IMG/VR virus record: IMGVR_UViG_3300027833_000017
Source: a virus
Direction: 5' to 3' (one strand)
DNA length: 64,000 nt
Shown here in pieces: positions 1 to 8,854 of this stretch; position 1 is the first letter of the stretch; each line of letters begins with the position of its first letter. The notes beneath the pieces are model-generated. The model did no database searches, was not told where the DNA came from, and saw only the letters and a program-made list of their open reading frames with translations. The position numbers and the translations under genes are program-made.

Positions 1-2
1 AT

Positions 3-941
3 GTTGATCAAATTAAGTACAAATATATTGGAAGACAAGAAGCTGGTGATGATGGATTAGGTAACGTACATCCTAATGCTGCATTTTCACAATTGCACAA
101 TGCACAAAATGAGGCTGAAACACAAAAAATGAAATTAGAAGTTACTTTAAATTCATTTAATCCATCTTTATATAAGTATCAAAAGATTCCTGTTTTAATG
201 TATATTACTAACCCTAAAGCTATTCAACAAAACGAAAGAATTAAAGGTGATAAAAAAGAATTAGGTATGGATAAAGATGAGCCCTTTGGATTAGAAGAGG
301 CTAGCGAAGATTTAGCAGATGCTGGTAAAAATAGCCCAAGTCAAGCTTTAGATTCATTTTTATCAGGTTATTATATAATTGAAAGTATTATATATGAAGT
401 AGAAGGAGATGTCACAAAACAAACAATGACACTTCTTAGAAGAGAGTGGCCAACAAGAACAGAAAATCTAATTAATCCACCTGGACTTGAAGATGCAACA
501 GACGAGGAAAAAGCAGATAATGTGGCTGAAAATAGCCCTGAACCAGAACCAGAACCAACTCCAGAACCAACTCCAGAACCAACTCCAGAACCAACTCCAG
601 AACCAACTCCAGATGTTGAATTAGAAATAGAAATAGGATTTACTAAAACCACATCTGAACAAGATATTCAGGCTACATTTGCTAATAGCACATATGGTGT
701 ATTTGAAGGTACTTGGACTGCAAATAAAGAAGTTGCAGCATTTGATTTTTGGGAAGCAGATATAGATGATACATTAATTGGTCCATCTTATGGAATGTCA
801 GTTAAAAGTAATGGAACGTGGGTGTTGGATCTCTCACAAACAGGATCCTTTGACCCCCAAACATACGATCTTGCTATTACAATACGAGCAGAAGGTAAAA
901 CATTTACAAATACAACATCGGTTACCATTACTGATAAATAA
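3..941 (+). CDS. 5'-truncated virion protein, probably baseplate hub (gp27/gpD-like) C-terminus, followed by a PEPT linker and an appended beta-rich (Ig-like) domain
   Basis: Frame is open from base 3, so the ORF-track start at 93 is internal. LSGYYIIESIIYEVE...MTLLRREW resembles the terminal strands of baseplate hub proteins. It sits upstream of a gp5-like gene. Confidence 0.5.
   Translation, partial: VDQIKYKYIGRQEAGDDGLGNVHPNAAFSQLHNAQNEAETQKMKLEVTLNSFNPSLYKYQKIPVLMYITNPKAIQQNERIKGDKKELGMDKDEPFGLEEASEDLADAGKNSPSQALDSFLSGYYIIESIIYEVEGDVTKQTMTLLRREWPTRTENLINPPGLEDATDEEKADNVAENSPEPEPEPTPEPTPEPTPEPTPEPTPDVELEIEIGFTKTTSEQDIQATFANSTYGVFEGTWTANKEVAAFDFWEADIDDTLIGPSYGMSVKSNGTWVLDLSQTGSFDPQTYDLAITIRAEGKTFTNTTSVTITDK
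537..611 (+). repeat. 12-bp tandem repeat (CCAGAACCAACT x5) encoding a PEPT linker
   Basis: Seen directly at 549-608, with partial units on both sides. Confidence 0.95.
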
Positions 942-968
942 GGATAATAAAATAAAGATAAATAATAT

Positions 969-2396
969 ATGTCAGACTTTAAACATATTAACGAGTTCAG
1001 AAAAGGTTCTATTTTAAGTAAGATCAGTGAAGATCCAACTTATCTTAGTTTTTTCTTCATGTTTGACGGTGTAGATAGAGAGCATTCTCCTTTGTTAGCA
1101 GGTCCAGCGGAAGAGTATCTAGAAAAAATGGTAGATGCTAATATGGGTACAACGTATGCCAAAAAATTAGCTAATTTTAGAAAGGTGCTTTTTAAAATCA
1201 ATAAAGAAATGCCATGGTTTTGGCAAAGTGTTACGGGTTTGGAGTTAGTAGAAACTTACGGTAAAATGGACGAGCCATACAGAGGACAAGAACGCCCAAA
1301 GATAGAGATAGAATGTCTAGAAGAAAACGTAGAGTTAACTGCAGTCGCATTGATGACTTTATATAAGAACGCATGTTATGATTTTAGAAGATATGTAGAA
1401 ATATTACCAAAAAACTTAAGACACTTCAGAGTTTGGACTGTACTTTCAGAAGTTAGAACATTTCAACAAAATACTGTTGCGAGAGATTTAAATTTATATG
1501 GTGCTGAAATGCCTGGAAACGAATCAGGCTCTTCCGTCAATCTTATACCTAAAGCAAAAGGATATGAAACAGCCACCGGAAGAAATGCTGGCACATTTGA
1601 CACACCGCTAGTTAAACAATATACCGCTGATGCAAAACCACATGTTATGTTTGAGTTGGGTTTCTGTGAATGGGAAATAGACACAATTGCTGGGGTGTTT
1701 GCGGATCAATCTAAAAATCCAGAACGTAAAAAACCAAAAGTATCTTTTATATGGCAAACTGGTTTTATATCTGGTTCTAAGTTTGGTGAAAATATAGTTA
1801 CTGAGGAACAAAGTCCATTATTTCCAGCTGCAAAGCCAGATGATGGATTATATCCTAATCAACCATTCAATCCGCTAGCAATTGCACAAAATGCAATAAG
1901 TGATAAAGTTAATGGACTTGCAAGTGGTTTAGTGAATAGATTTAATAATTTAAAAAATAGTTTACCAGGATTTGGTAATAATCCTTTAGGTAGAGTTTAT
2001 CCAGAGGGTTTAACGGGAGCCGCGGCCGGTTTAGCAAATAGAGGTATGGATGCTGTAAAGGGGTTATTATTGGATAATGTGCATGGGAGTACAGGCTTCT
2101 TAGGAAGTTTAAGTGATATTAATAGTGCACTAGAAGCTGGAAGTGTAAACGCTATTTTAAATTTAGCTGGACAATTAAATCAAAATAATACTAACATTCC
2201 AAATAATGGAAATATTACACCTGTCGGCGTATACGATCCAGGAATTGATAGTTCTCCTGATTTGCCAATTAATCAAAAAGTGTATGATCCTATTGCACAA
2301 GAACCAGAAAGTCAAAACATTACACCTGGAAGAATTCATGAACCAGGTGTTGATAGTAGTCCAGATGATAACATTAACGAGAACGTACATTCATAA
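969..2396 (+). CDS. virion protein, possibly tail-tube initiator/baseplate (gp48/gp54-like) with a low-complexity C-terminal extension
   Basis: 475-aa ORF between hub-like and gp5-like genes, preceded by a late-type motif at 957. The C-terminus has a duplicated NITP..xPGxDSSPD segment. The family guess rests on context only. Confidence 0.35.
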   Translation: MSDFKHINEFRKGSILSKISEDPTYLSFFFMFDGVDREHSPLLAGPAEEYLEKMVDANMGTTYAKKLANFRKVLFKINKEMPWFWQSVTGLELVETYGKMDEPYRGQERPKIEIECLEENVELTAVALMTLYKNACYDFRRYVEILPKNLRHFRVWTVLSEVRTFQQNTVARDLNLYGAEMPGNESGSSVNLIPKAKGYETATGRNAGTFDTPLVKQYTADAKPHVMFELGFCEWEIDTIAGVFADQSKNPERKKPKVSFIWQTGFISGSKFGENIVTEEQSPLFPAAKPDDGLYPNQPFNPLAIAQNAISDKVNGLASGLVNRFNNLKNSLPGFGNNPLGRVYPEGLTGAAAGLANRGMDAVKGLLLDNVHGSTGFLGSLSDINSALEAGSVNAILNLAGQLNQNNTNIPNNGNITPVGVYDPGIDSSPDLPINQKVYDPIAQEPESQNITPGRIHEPGVDSSPDDNINENVHS

Positions 2397-2398
2397 GT

Positions 2399-3115
2399 AT
2401 GAATAATAAAGAATTAGTTGAAGATAATCTAAGAGAAACTCATTGGTTAGGAGAAGTTGTAGTAAACGAAGATCCTTTACTTAATGGTAGGTGTCGTGTA
2501 AAAGTTTATGGTAAATTTGATAAACTAACGGATGACGCTATTCCATGGGCAACTCCTATGAATAGAGATCAGGTTGGGGCACATGCTGTTCCGAGAGTTG
2601 GAGATATTGTTGCAGTTAGATTTGATAATGGTAACATATATCATCCAGAGTATTGGTTTCAAATAGATCAAAACACTGATTTAAAGACAGATGTTTTAGA
2701 AGCTTCTGATGCGCCGCACGATGTAATTAGTTTAGTGTATGACGCAGAAAGAAATGTTAGAATATATCATTCACCCGAAGATGGTTTAGTTATTACTCGA
2801 GGAAGTGGCGCTAAAGAAAGACCTATGATACAAATCGACGAGGAAGGTTTTATTAAGATAAGTACAGACGCAAAAATGTTTTTAGATTGTGGTGATATAT
2901 TTGTTTCAAATGAAGGTGAACCTGGTGCAGATGAGACAGAACCAGCAGTAAGGGGTCAATCTTTACAAGATTGGTTACAAACATGGTTAGATGACTATAA
3001 TGCACATATACACCCAACCGGAGTTGGACCTACTGGACCTCCAATGCCACCGACACCAGCTACTGTTGGTAAATTATCAAGTTCACATATTAAGTATCAA
3101 CAAAAGAATAAATAA
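2399..3115 (+). CDS. baseplate central spike, gp5/gpV-like (OB-fold plus HxH metal-binding tip)
   Basis: GEVVVNEDPLLNGRCRVKVYG...PWATPM...VPRVGDIVAVRF is the gp5 OB-fold pattern. The C-terminal HIHPTGVGPTGPP matches the gpV-type apex. Confidence 0.85.
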   Translation: MNNKELVEDNLRETHWLGEVVVNEDPLLNGRCRVKVYGKFDKLTDDAIPWATPMNRDQVGAHAVPRVGDIVAVRFDNGNIYHPEYWFQIDQNTDLKTDVLEASDAPHDVISLVYDAERNVRIYHSPEDGLVITRGSGAKERPMIQIDEEGFIKISTDAKMFLDCGDIFVSNEGEPGADETEPAVRGQSLQDWLQTWLDDYNAHIHPTGVGPTGPPMPPTPATVGKLSSSHIKYQQKNK

Positions 3116-3117
3116 TT

Positions 3118-4917
3118 ATGCCTGCACTTTGGCCAACATTTATACCAAACTTAGCAAGCGATATAGCTGGACGAGAATTTACAAAACCAGGTGGTGCTAT
3201 AGTTTCATATGCTCTCCCAAAAGTTGGTGTTAATCAAGTTCCTATTTTCCCTCCTTCCCAAGATTTAGTTAAATCTATTAAGCCTGGAAATCCGCTAAAC
3301 GTGTCATTAACAACAGATCCCACTGCAATGGTAAACGCTATTAATCTGGCACCTTTAAGTGGGAGATATGATTTTGGCGTAAGAGTTGCTGAAAGATATT
3401 TAGAAGCCGTAAAGGGTTTAGCAATGACACCTTTCGGTGCAACACATACTAATAATCCAGCCGCTGAGTTTTTACTAAAACAAGGATACGGTTTAGTATT
3501 TGAAAGATTATTAAAAGAAGGCGATATTCCATTGCAAGATCAATATGACGATGATGGTAATTTAACCGAAATGGGCAAAGAGTCACATCCAGATTACGCT
3601 GATTTTTGTCCAGATCCTGTTGAACAGCCAGATCCAGTTGAGGAACAAAAGAAACTTGATAAAAAATTTAGTAAATTTATAGAAGAATATAAGAATGATT
3701 CTACTATGGATTTAAAAAAGTTTAGATTTTTTGAATTTCCATGTCTAACTGGAAATGAAACACAAGATGACATAGAAAAGATATTTGCGTCTAGATTATT
3801 ACAACAATTTGAAAGGCTTTCAAATAAGAATACTAAATGGGAATTCTATATTTGGTTAGCATGTCTTGGTTCAGAAAATTATAATAATTCAAGTGGATTT
3901 GGTGGAGGGTGGTCTGGTATGCCATATCCTAATGTTAATACTAACGCTAGAAATGATATTGAAGATGCTGGTTATGATTGGAAACAACTAGTAGACAATG
4001 TTAGTGCTCTTTGTATTGAAGCGATCCATGAAGTACATCCAGCAGAAGAGGAAAATACATGGTCATTCTTTAATACTGCATTATTAAGAACGAGAATTAA
4101 AAAAGATCCAACTGGACCAATTACTTTACCATATGAATTAGATTGTCCATTGAATGAATATAAAATTCAAGTGGCTTATGATTATGAAACTGATAGTAAA
4201 AGACCTAAAATTTTAACGTCACATGTTATCGCAACATTTAGCTGGTATCCTGGGGTAAGAAGTGGATCATTTAGTGCAAATGCAGAAGGTGTTGTTATTA
4301 ATGCTCCTAAATTTACTAAAAATAATAATTGGGTTAAATCAATATATGGTGAACAAGAATTAAAAAATGGTTGGCGCAAAATTCCAAATGCAATGAGTAG
4401 TGCTAGAACGCCTGAAGATGTTATCGACATAAACCCAACTACAGGTGGAACTATATTTAAATTTCAAAGACATCAAGTGGTAGAAGCTAAGACTGCTGCA
4501 GAAGAATGTGATGCTGCAGAAGAAGATAGTAATATAGACTATACTTGGCCAGGTGGTGATCCATATGAAGAAATGGCAGAAATAACTATCGCATATTGGT
4601 ATGCGTGTTTAGTAAAACCATTTACACCATCTCCATCAGCTTTACCGGCGTTGATTCCCCCACCACTCACTGGGATCTATATTCCAATTTATTATGGTGG
4701 TAAAAAAAGATTGGCTAAAAATTTAAGAAGGGCATGGAACACTGGAAAAACGTTTTCAATTCTTCCCGCTCCAATGCCACCTGCACTGGCAGTTTCAACT
4801 GCTGTTGCTGCAGCCTATATGTTACACTTATTAGAATTTAAATTATTATATCTTGGTGGAATTCCCACACCTGTTGGACCCGTACCTATGGTTGGAATTG
4901 TACCGGTAGTATTCTAA
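3118..4917 (+). CDS. hypothetical virion protein
   Basis: 599-aa ORF coupled to the spike gene, with Pro-rich hydrophobic termini and no recognisable family. Confidence 0.5.
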   Translation: MPALWPTFIPNLASDIAGREFTKPGGAIVSYALPKVGVNQVPIFPPSQDLVKSIKPGNPLNVSLTTDPTAMVNAINLAPLSGRYDFGVRVAERYLEAVKGLAMTPFGATHTNNPAAEFLLKQGYGLVFERLLKEGDIPLQDQYDDDGNLTEMGKESHPDYADFCPDPVEQPDPVEEQKKLDKKFSKFIEEYKNDSTMDLKKFRFFEFPCLTGNETQDDIEKIFASRLLQQFERLSNKNTKWEFYIWLACLGSENYNNSSGFGGGWSGMPYPNVNTNARNDIEDAGYDWKQLVDNVSALCIEAIHEVHPAEEENTWSFFNTALLRTRIKKDPTGPITLPYELDCPLNEYKIQVAYDYETDSKRPKILTSHVIATFSWYPGVRSGSFSANAEGVVINAPKFTKNNNWVKSIYGEQELKNGWRKIPNAMSSARTPEDVIDINPTTGGTIFKFQRHQVVEAKTAAEECDAAEEDSNIDYTWPGGDPYEEMAEITIAYWYACLVKPFTPSPSALPALIPPPLTGIYIPIYYGGKKRLAKNLRRAWNTGKTFSILPAPMPPALAVSTAVAAAYMLHLLEFKLLYLGGIPTPVGPVPMVGIVPVVF

Positions 4918-4963
4918 AAAATAATAGGATATATATTATGTTACACCTTTAATATAAAAATAA

Positions 4964-6250
4964 ATGAACAACGAAAACAACAAAAGGATCAGAATTGGGG
5001 AAAAGACACCAAAAGAGACCGTGGTTGAAGAACTAGATGTAAAAATCGAAAACAAAGAAGTAGAAGAAGATGCTAATCAAGCATTTTATGATGAGAACGG
5101 GGAATTCATGTGGGATGCATATGAATCTACTTGCCCGTCAAGAACAAGAAAACCAAATCCACATATCAAAACACAGAACGGTGACAAAGTATTCTCTAGA
5201 GAAACTTATGCACAAGAAATGTATGACATGCTTACTGCACATGACAATAGCATAGGACAATTACTAACTGTAATTAATCCTGGAGAAATTCATGAAGGTA
5301 AAATTTATGCCATTAATTCTGAGTTTATTAGTATTGATATTGGTTATAGAGAATTGATCTACGTTAAGTACGATAAAGAACCTGCCGAAATTCAATCGCT
5401 AAAACCAGGTGATGAAACAGCTGTGCTAATTACACAATTGGGTAAAAACTCGCATGTTGTTGGTAGTATCAATGGTGGTGTTAAACACAAAGTGTTTATG
5501 GATCTTAGAGCTGCAGTTGAAGAAGGAAACACAGCTTGGGTTGGTACAGTTACAAATATGATTGAAAATGGAGGTTATATGGTAATGGTCCAGGGTATAG
5601 AATGTTTCATGCCGGGTTCTCTTGCCGGTATTAATAAGCTTCATGATTTTAGTTCTATTATTGGAACTGAAATATATGTTGTGCCTGTTAGTTTCTCACC
5701 AGACAGAGGAACGTTAGTAGTTTCACATAGAAAATATTTACAAGCACTAATACCTGGAGAACTAGAAAAATTAAAAGAAACACAAGGTGAAACTTTAACA
5801 GGTAATGTTACTGGTACTGCAAAATACGGTGTGTTTGTTGAGTTTAATAAGTGTTTAACTGGTATGATTCACAATAATGACTTAGATGAAGAAACTTTAG
5901 TTAAATTTAAAGCTAGAGAAATTAAACCAGGCGATGAAGTGTCGTTTATGGTAAAAGACATTATTAGTAATACTAAAATAACACTGACACAGAAAGCAAA
6001 CATAGTTATTAATCCATGGGTAGATATTATTTCTAGATATCAAATTCCATGTGTTGTTAATGCTACAGTTAAAACCAAAAAAGACTATGGTTTGTTTATT
6101 ACAATAGAAGAAGGTGTTACTGGTTTACTGCACGTAAGTGAATTAAGTGAAGAAGTAATGAGTGTTTTTAAATCAGGAGACCCTATCACTGTACAAGTTA
6201 CGAGAATCGATGTTGATTCTATGAAAGTGTTTTTAAAAATGCCACAATAA
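4964..6250 (+). CDS. rpsA: ribosomal protein bS1 homolog (four S1/OB domains)
   Basis: S1 repeats: GEIHEGKIYAINSEFISIDIG, GGYMVMVQGIECFMPGS...VVSHRK, GNVTGTAKYGVFVEF...GMIH, ATVKTKKDYGLFITIEEGVTGLLHVSELS. N-terminal EFMWDAYE resembles the Bacteroidota bS1 N-terminal segment. Confidence 0.85.
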   Translation: MNNENNKRIRIGEKTPKETVVEELDVKIENKEVEEDANQAFYDENGEFMWDAYESTCPSRTRKPNPHIKTQNGDKVFSRETYAQEMYDMLTAHDNSIGQLLTVINPGEIHEGKIYAINSEFISIDIGYRELIYVKYDKEPAEIQSLKPGDETAVLITQLGKNSHVVGSINGGVKHKVFMDLRAAVEEGNTAWVGTVTNMIENGGYMVMVQGIECFMPGSLAGINKLHDFSSIIGTEIYVVPVSFSPDRGTLVVSHRKYLQALIPGELEKLKETQGETLTGNVTGTAKYGVFVEFNKCLTGMIHNNDLDEETLVKFKAREIKPGDEVSFMVKDIISNTKITLTQKANIVINPWVDIISRYQIPCVVNATVKTKKDYGLFITIEEGVTGLLHVSELSEEVMSVFKSGDPITVQVTRIDVDSMKVFLKMPQ

Positions 6251-6268
6251 CTATTGCAACGAGAGTGT

Positions 6269-6277
6269 GATATATAA
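6269..6277 (+). promoter_or_regulatory. late-type promoter motif RATAWATA(A), representative copy
   Basis: Copies precede starts at 957, 4928, 6269, 8468, 20000, 29469, 34511, 35652, 40093, 42054, 45188, 47416, 49088, 50723 and 58177. It is analogous to the T4 late promoter TATAAATA. Confidence 0.7.
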
Positions 6278-6303
6278 TCAAACGGTAATATCATAATCTT
6301 AGT

Positions 6304-7614
6304 ATGCAAAAATTAACTATAGATTCTCCGAGAGAATCAATCCTAAACGCAGCACTCATGGGTGTTGAGTTTGAGTTCTATTCTAACCTCGATCTAGAAG
6401 TAACCAGAAAGTCTCTGGAAAAACTTCTAGATCGAAAGATTAGATTAGAAGATAAAGCACATTCTGATTTTCAACCATCTGCTGAAGAATTTAAAATTGA
6501 GCCGGACATGTCTGGTGGTAAAGGATTGGCAGAGTTGGTTACGGGACCTATCCCATATAGAAATGCCAGAATAGTGGTTATTAAGATGTTAAAATGGATA
6601 TCTGAAAATGGATATACTAATGATAGAGCATCAATTCATATAAATTTGTCTTTCGATAAAAAGTATCTCGAAGACAAAGATCTTATTTCTAAAATGAATG
6701 TTCTTAAGTTTATTTTAGAATTTGATGAGAAACAAATCTATAAGTTTTTCCCTGAACGTGAAAATTCTACATATGCAAAGAGTGTAAAATGGGTAATGCC
6801 GAAAATTGAAGCATTTCATTTTGATGGTAATCATATAGCATCAAACAATTTTAAATTTGCTGACACAAAATATTATGGAATTAATTTTTCTAAAAAAGAA
6901 AAGAATTACTTAGAATTTAGATATATTGGTGGAACTGACTATGAGAAAAGGTCAGATGATATTCTTTATCTAACTGAAAGATTTTTAATGCAAATGTGGA
7001 ATTCATGCAATGACCCTAGGTTTAATGATGAGAATAAAATAGAATTACAGAGAATTTTAAATAAAAATAAACCTATCTCAGATATACTAAAGGACTACTC
7101 TAAGGTATCTGAATATTATCCCGACATAACTATATTGGTGGATCTAGTGGATAACCCAGTTATCATTAAATTGCAATGGGAGAGGTTTAAGAATAGAGTA
7201 GTAGATCTTATAGTAAATGGATCTATGACTGCTGGTTTAATTAATTATGATTCTAATTATGGGGCCACACAAGTAAAAGATGGAAAGTTTCCAACTGTTT
7301 ATCAACTAGAAGATTTTGAATTTATAGATTGTGAAATAGCTGGAAATGTAACTAATTCTAGTTTTTATGGGTGTGAAATAACTGGATCTGCTATCATGTA
7401 TGGTAGTTTATATAAAGGCACTAAAGTAAAAGAATCAAAGGTAGAATCTAGTTATACACATGGTAGTTGTGAATTAATAAACTGTTATGTTGCGGGTAGA
7501 GATACTATGTTTAAAGGTAAAATGGTTGGAGGTATATTCAGAGAGGGTTTCAAAACAAAAGATGCTAGATTTGAAGATACTGAGATTGTTGTAAGTAAAA
7601 AAATAAGAGAATAA
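6304..7614 (+). CDS. putative amidoligase (COOH-NH2 ligase, glutamine-synthetase fold) with C-terminal beta-helix-like repeats
   Basis: Motifs GVEFEF, ELVTGP, SIHINLSF, KYYGINF and YLEFRYIGG occur in the expected order. Confidence 0.75.
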   Translation: MQKLTIDSPRESILNAALMGVEFEFYSNLDLEVTRKSLEKLLDRKIRLEDKAHSDFQPSAEEFKIEPDMSGGKGLAELVTGPIPYRNARIVVIKMLKWISENGYTNDRASIHINLSFDKKYLEDKDLISKMNVLKFILEFDEKQIYKFFPERENSTYAKSVKWVMPKIEAFHFDGNHIASNNFKFADTKYYGINFSKKEKNYLEFRYIGGTDYEKRSDDILYLTERFLMQMWNSCNDPRFNDENKIELQRILNKNKPISDILKDYSKVSEYYPDITILVDLVDNPVIIKLQWERFKNRVVDLIVNGSMTAGLINYDSNYGATQVKDGKFPTVYQLEDFEFIDCEIAGNVTNSSFYGCEITGSAIMYGSLYKGTKVKESKVESSYTHGSCELINCYVAGRDTMFKGKMVGGIFREGFKTKDARFEDTEIVVSKKIRE

Positions 7615-7615
7615 A

Positions 7616-8458
7616 ATGAGTGAAATTAGAAGCGGTTCAAACCAAGATTTAACCTCTGGTAGAAATTTCGATCCAAATTGTCTAAATACATTTTTAGAAG
7701 AAATAGGAGATGATATTACTGGGGCATGTATGGTACCTATTAATTTGCCACAAAAAGAGATTATTAATATAATCAAAAGAGCTAAAAAATGGTTTTATAA
7801 AAAATATGAATATTCTGTAAAAGAAAATTTATACCACATCCCGAATAGTGTATTTAGTACATCACACTTTAAAAGTCACAGAGCACTTACATTGCCTGGG
7901 CCAAGTGCAGATGGAGGTGGAGGTGTATATTCAGTATATGGTTTATATGACTTAGCTTCGGGCTGGAATGGAGGCGGAGGCGGAATGGATGTGAGATTCC
8001 AAGGAGGCTCTGACTTTTCAATGGAGCGAATGCTATTTAGAGGAATGTATGAGGGTTCAGGTATGGCTGAAGCCGCAGAAGAACTACAATATTATGTATT
8101 GAACGCTTCTATGGCAGATTTATCTAGACAAATACTTGAAAACCCTATTTCATTTCATTACTCTAGTTTAACTGGAGAATTAAAATTTATGGGTGATACA
8201 CCAAAGGGTGATGTTATTTTAGAAATATATGAAACTATCCCTGATTGTGCACTATATTCAGATGAAATATTCTTTAGATATGTGAGTGCAAAAATAAAAC
8301 AATCTATTGGTTCTAAATTAGCAATTTTTAAATTTGCCCTTCCTGGTAATGTTGATTTTGATTATGATGCTATTAAAAGTATGGGCGATGATGAGTTATC
8401 GGAGATTAACGAAGAGATTCAAGGAGACGAAGGTGTTGATTGGATGATGCATTCATAA
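7616..8458 (+). CDS. neck protein, T4 gp13-like
   Basis: PINLPQKEIINIIKRAKKWFY at the N-terminus and RYVSAKIKQSIGSKLAIFKFALPGNVDFD near the C-terminus match the gp13 pattern. Confidence 0.7.
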   Translation: MSEIRSGSNQDLTSGRNFDPNCLNTFLEEIGDDITGACMVPINLPQKEIINIIKRAKKWFYKKYEYSVKENLYHIPNSVFSTSHFKSHRALTLPGPSADGGGGVYSVYGLYDLASGWNGGGGGMDVRFQGGSDFSMERMLFRGMYEGSGMAEAAEELQYYVLNASMADLSRQILENPISFHYSSLTGELKFMGDTPKGDVILEIYETIPDCALYSDEIFFRYVSAKIKQSIGSKLAIFKFALPGNVDFDYDAIKSMGDDELSEINEEIQGDEGVDWMMHS

Positions 8459-8480
8459 ATAAAAGAAGATAAATAAATAA

Positions 8481-8837
8481 ATGGAATTATATATAAAATA
8501 TCCTAGCGATCCTAATTACGACGAAGATCAAGTTCAGACTAATGGTGAAATAGAAATGTTGATCACACAGATTCAAACAATTTTATTTACTAATAGCGGT
8601 GAAGTTATGGGGGATCATAAGTTTGGATGTGATTTAGAAACACTTATATATGATTTCAATTCTAGTGAACATAATATCAAATCGGTGATAGTAGATCAGA
8701 TTAATGCATATTGCCCATTAGCATCAAAATACAATGTTCAAGTAAACATTGACTTTGTTCGAGGCGAGGTTAGAGATATTGCGTTCATAGATATTACGAT
8801 AGATAGTAGATATGCTATAAAAATAAGCATGCTATAA
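8481..8837 (+). CDS. baseplate wedge protein, gp25-like
   Basis: ILFTNSGEVMGDHKFGCDLETLIYD is the gp25/GPW signature. Size is 118 aa and it lies directly before the gp6-like gene. Confidence 0.85.
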   Translation: MELYIKYPSDPNYDEDQVQTNGEIEMLITQIQTILFTNSGEVMGDHKFGCDLETLIYDFNSSEHNIKSVIVDQINAYCPLASKYNVQVNIDFVRGEVRDIAFIDITIDSRYAIKISML

Positions 8838-8854
8838 AAAAGTATACATAAATA

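Noticed and set aside
371-652. Minus-strand 93-aa ORF with GVGS repeats
   Set aside because: It is the antisense shadow of the PEPT repeat in the + strand gene.
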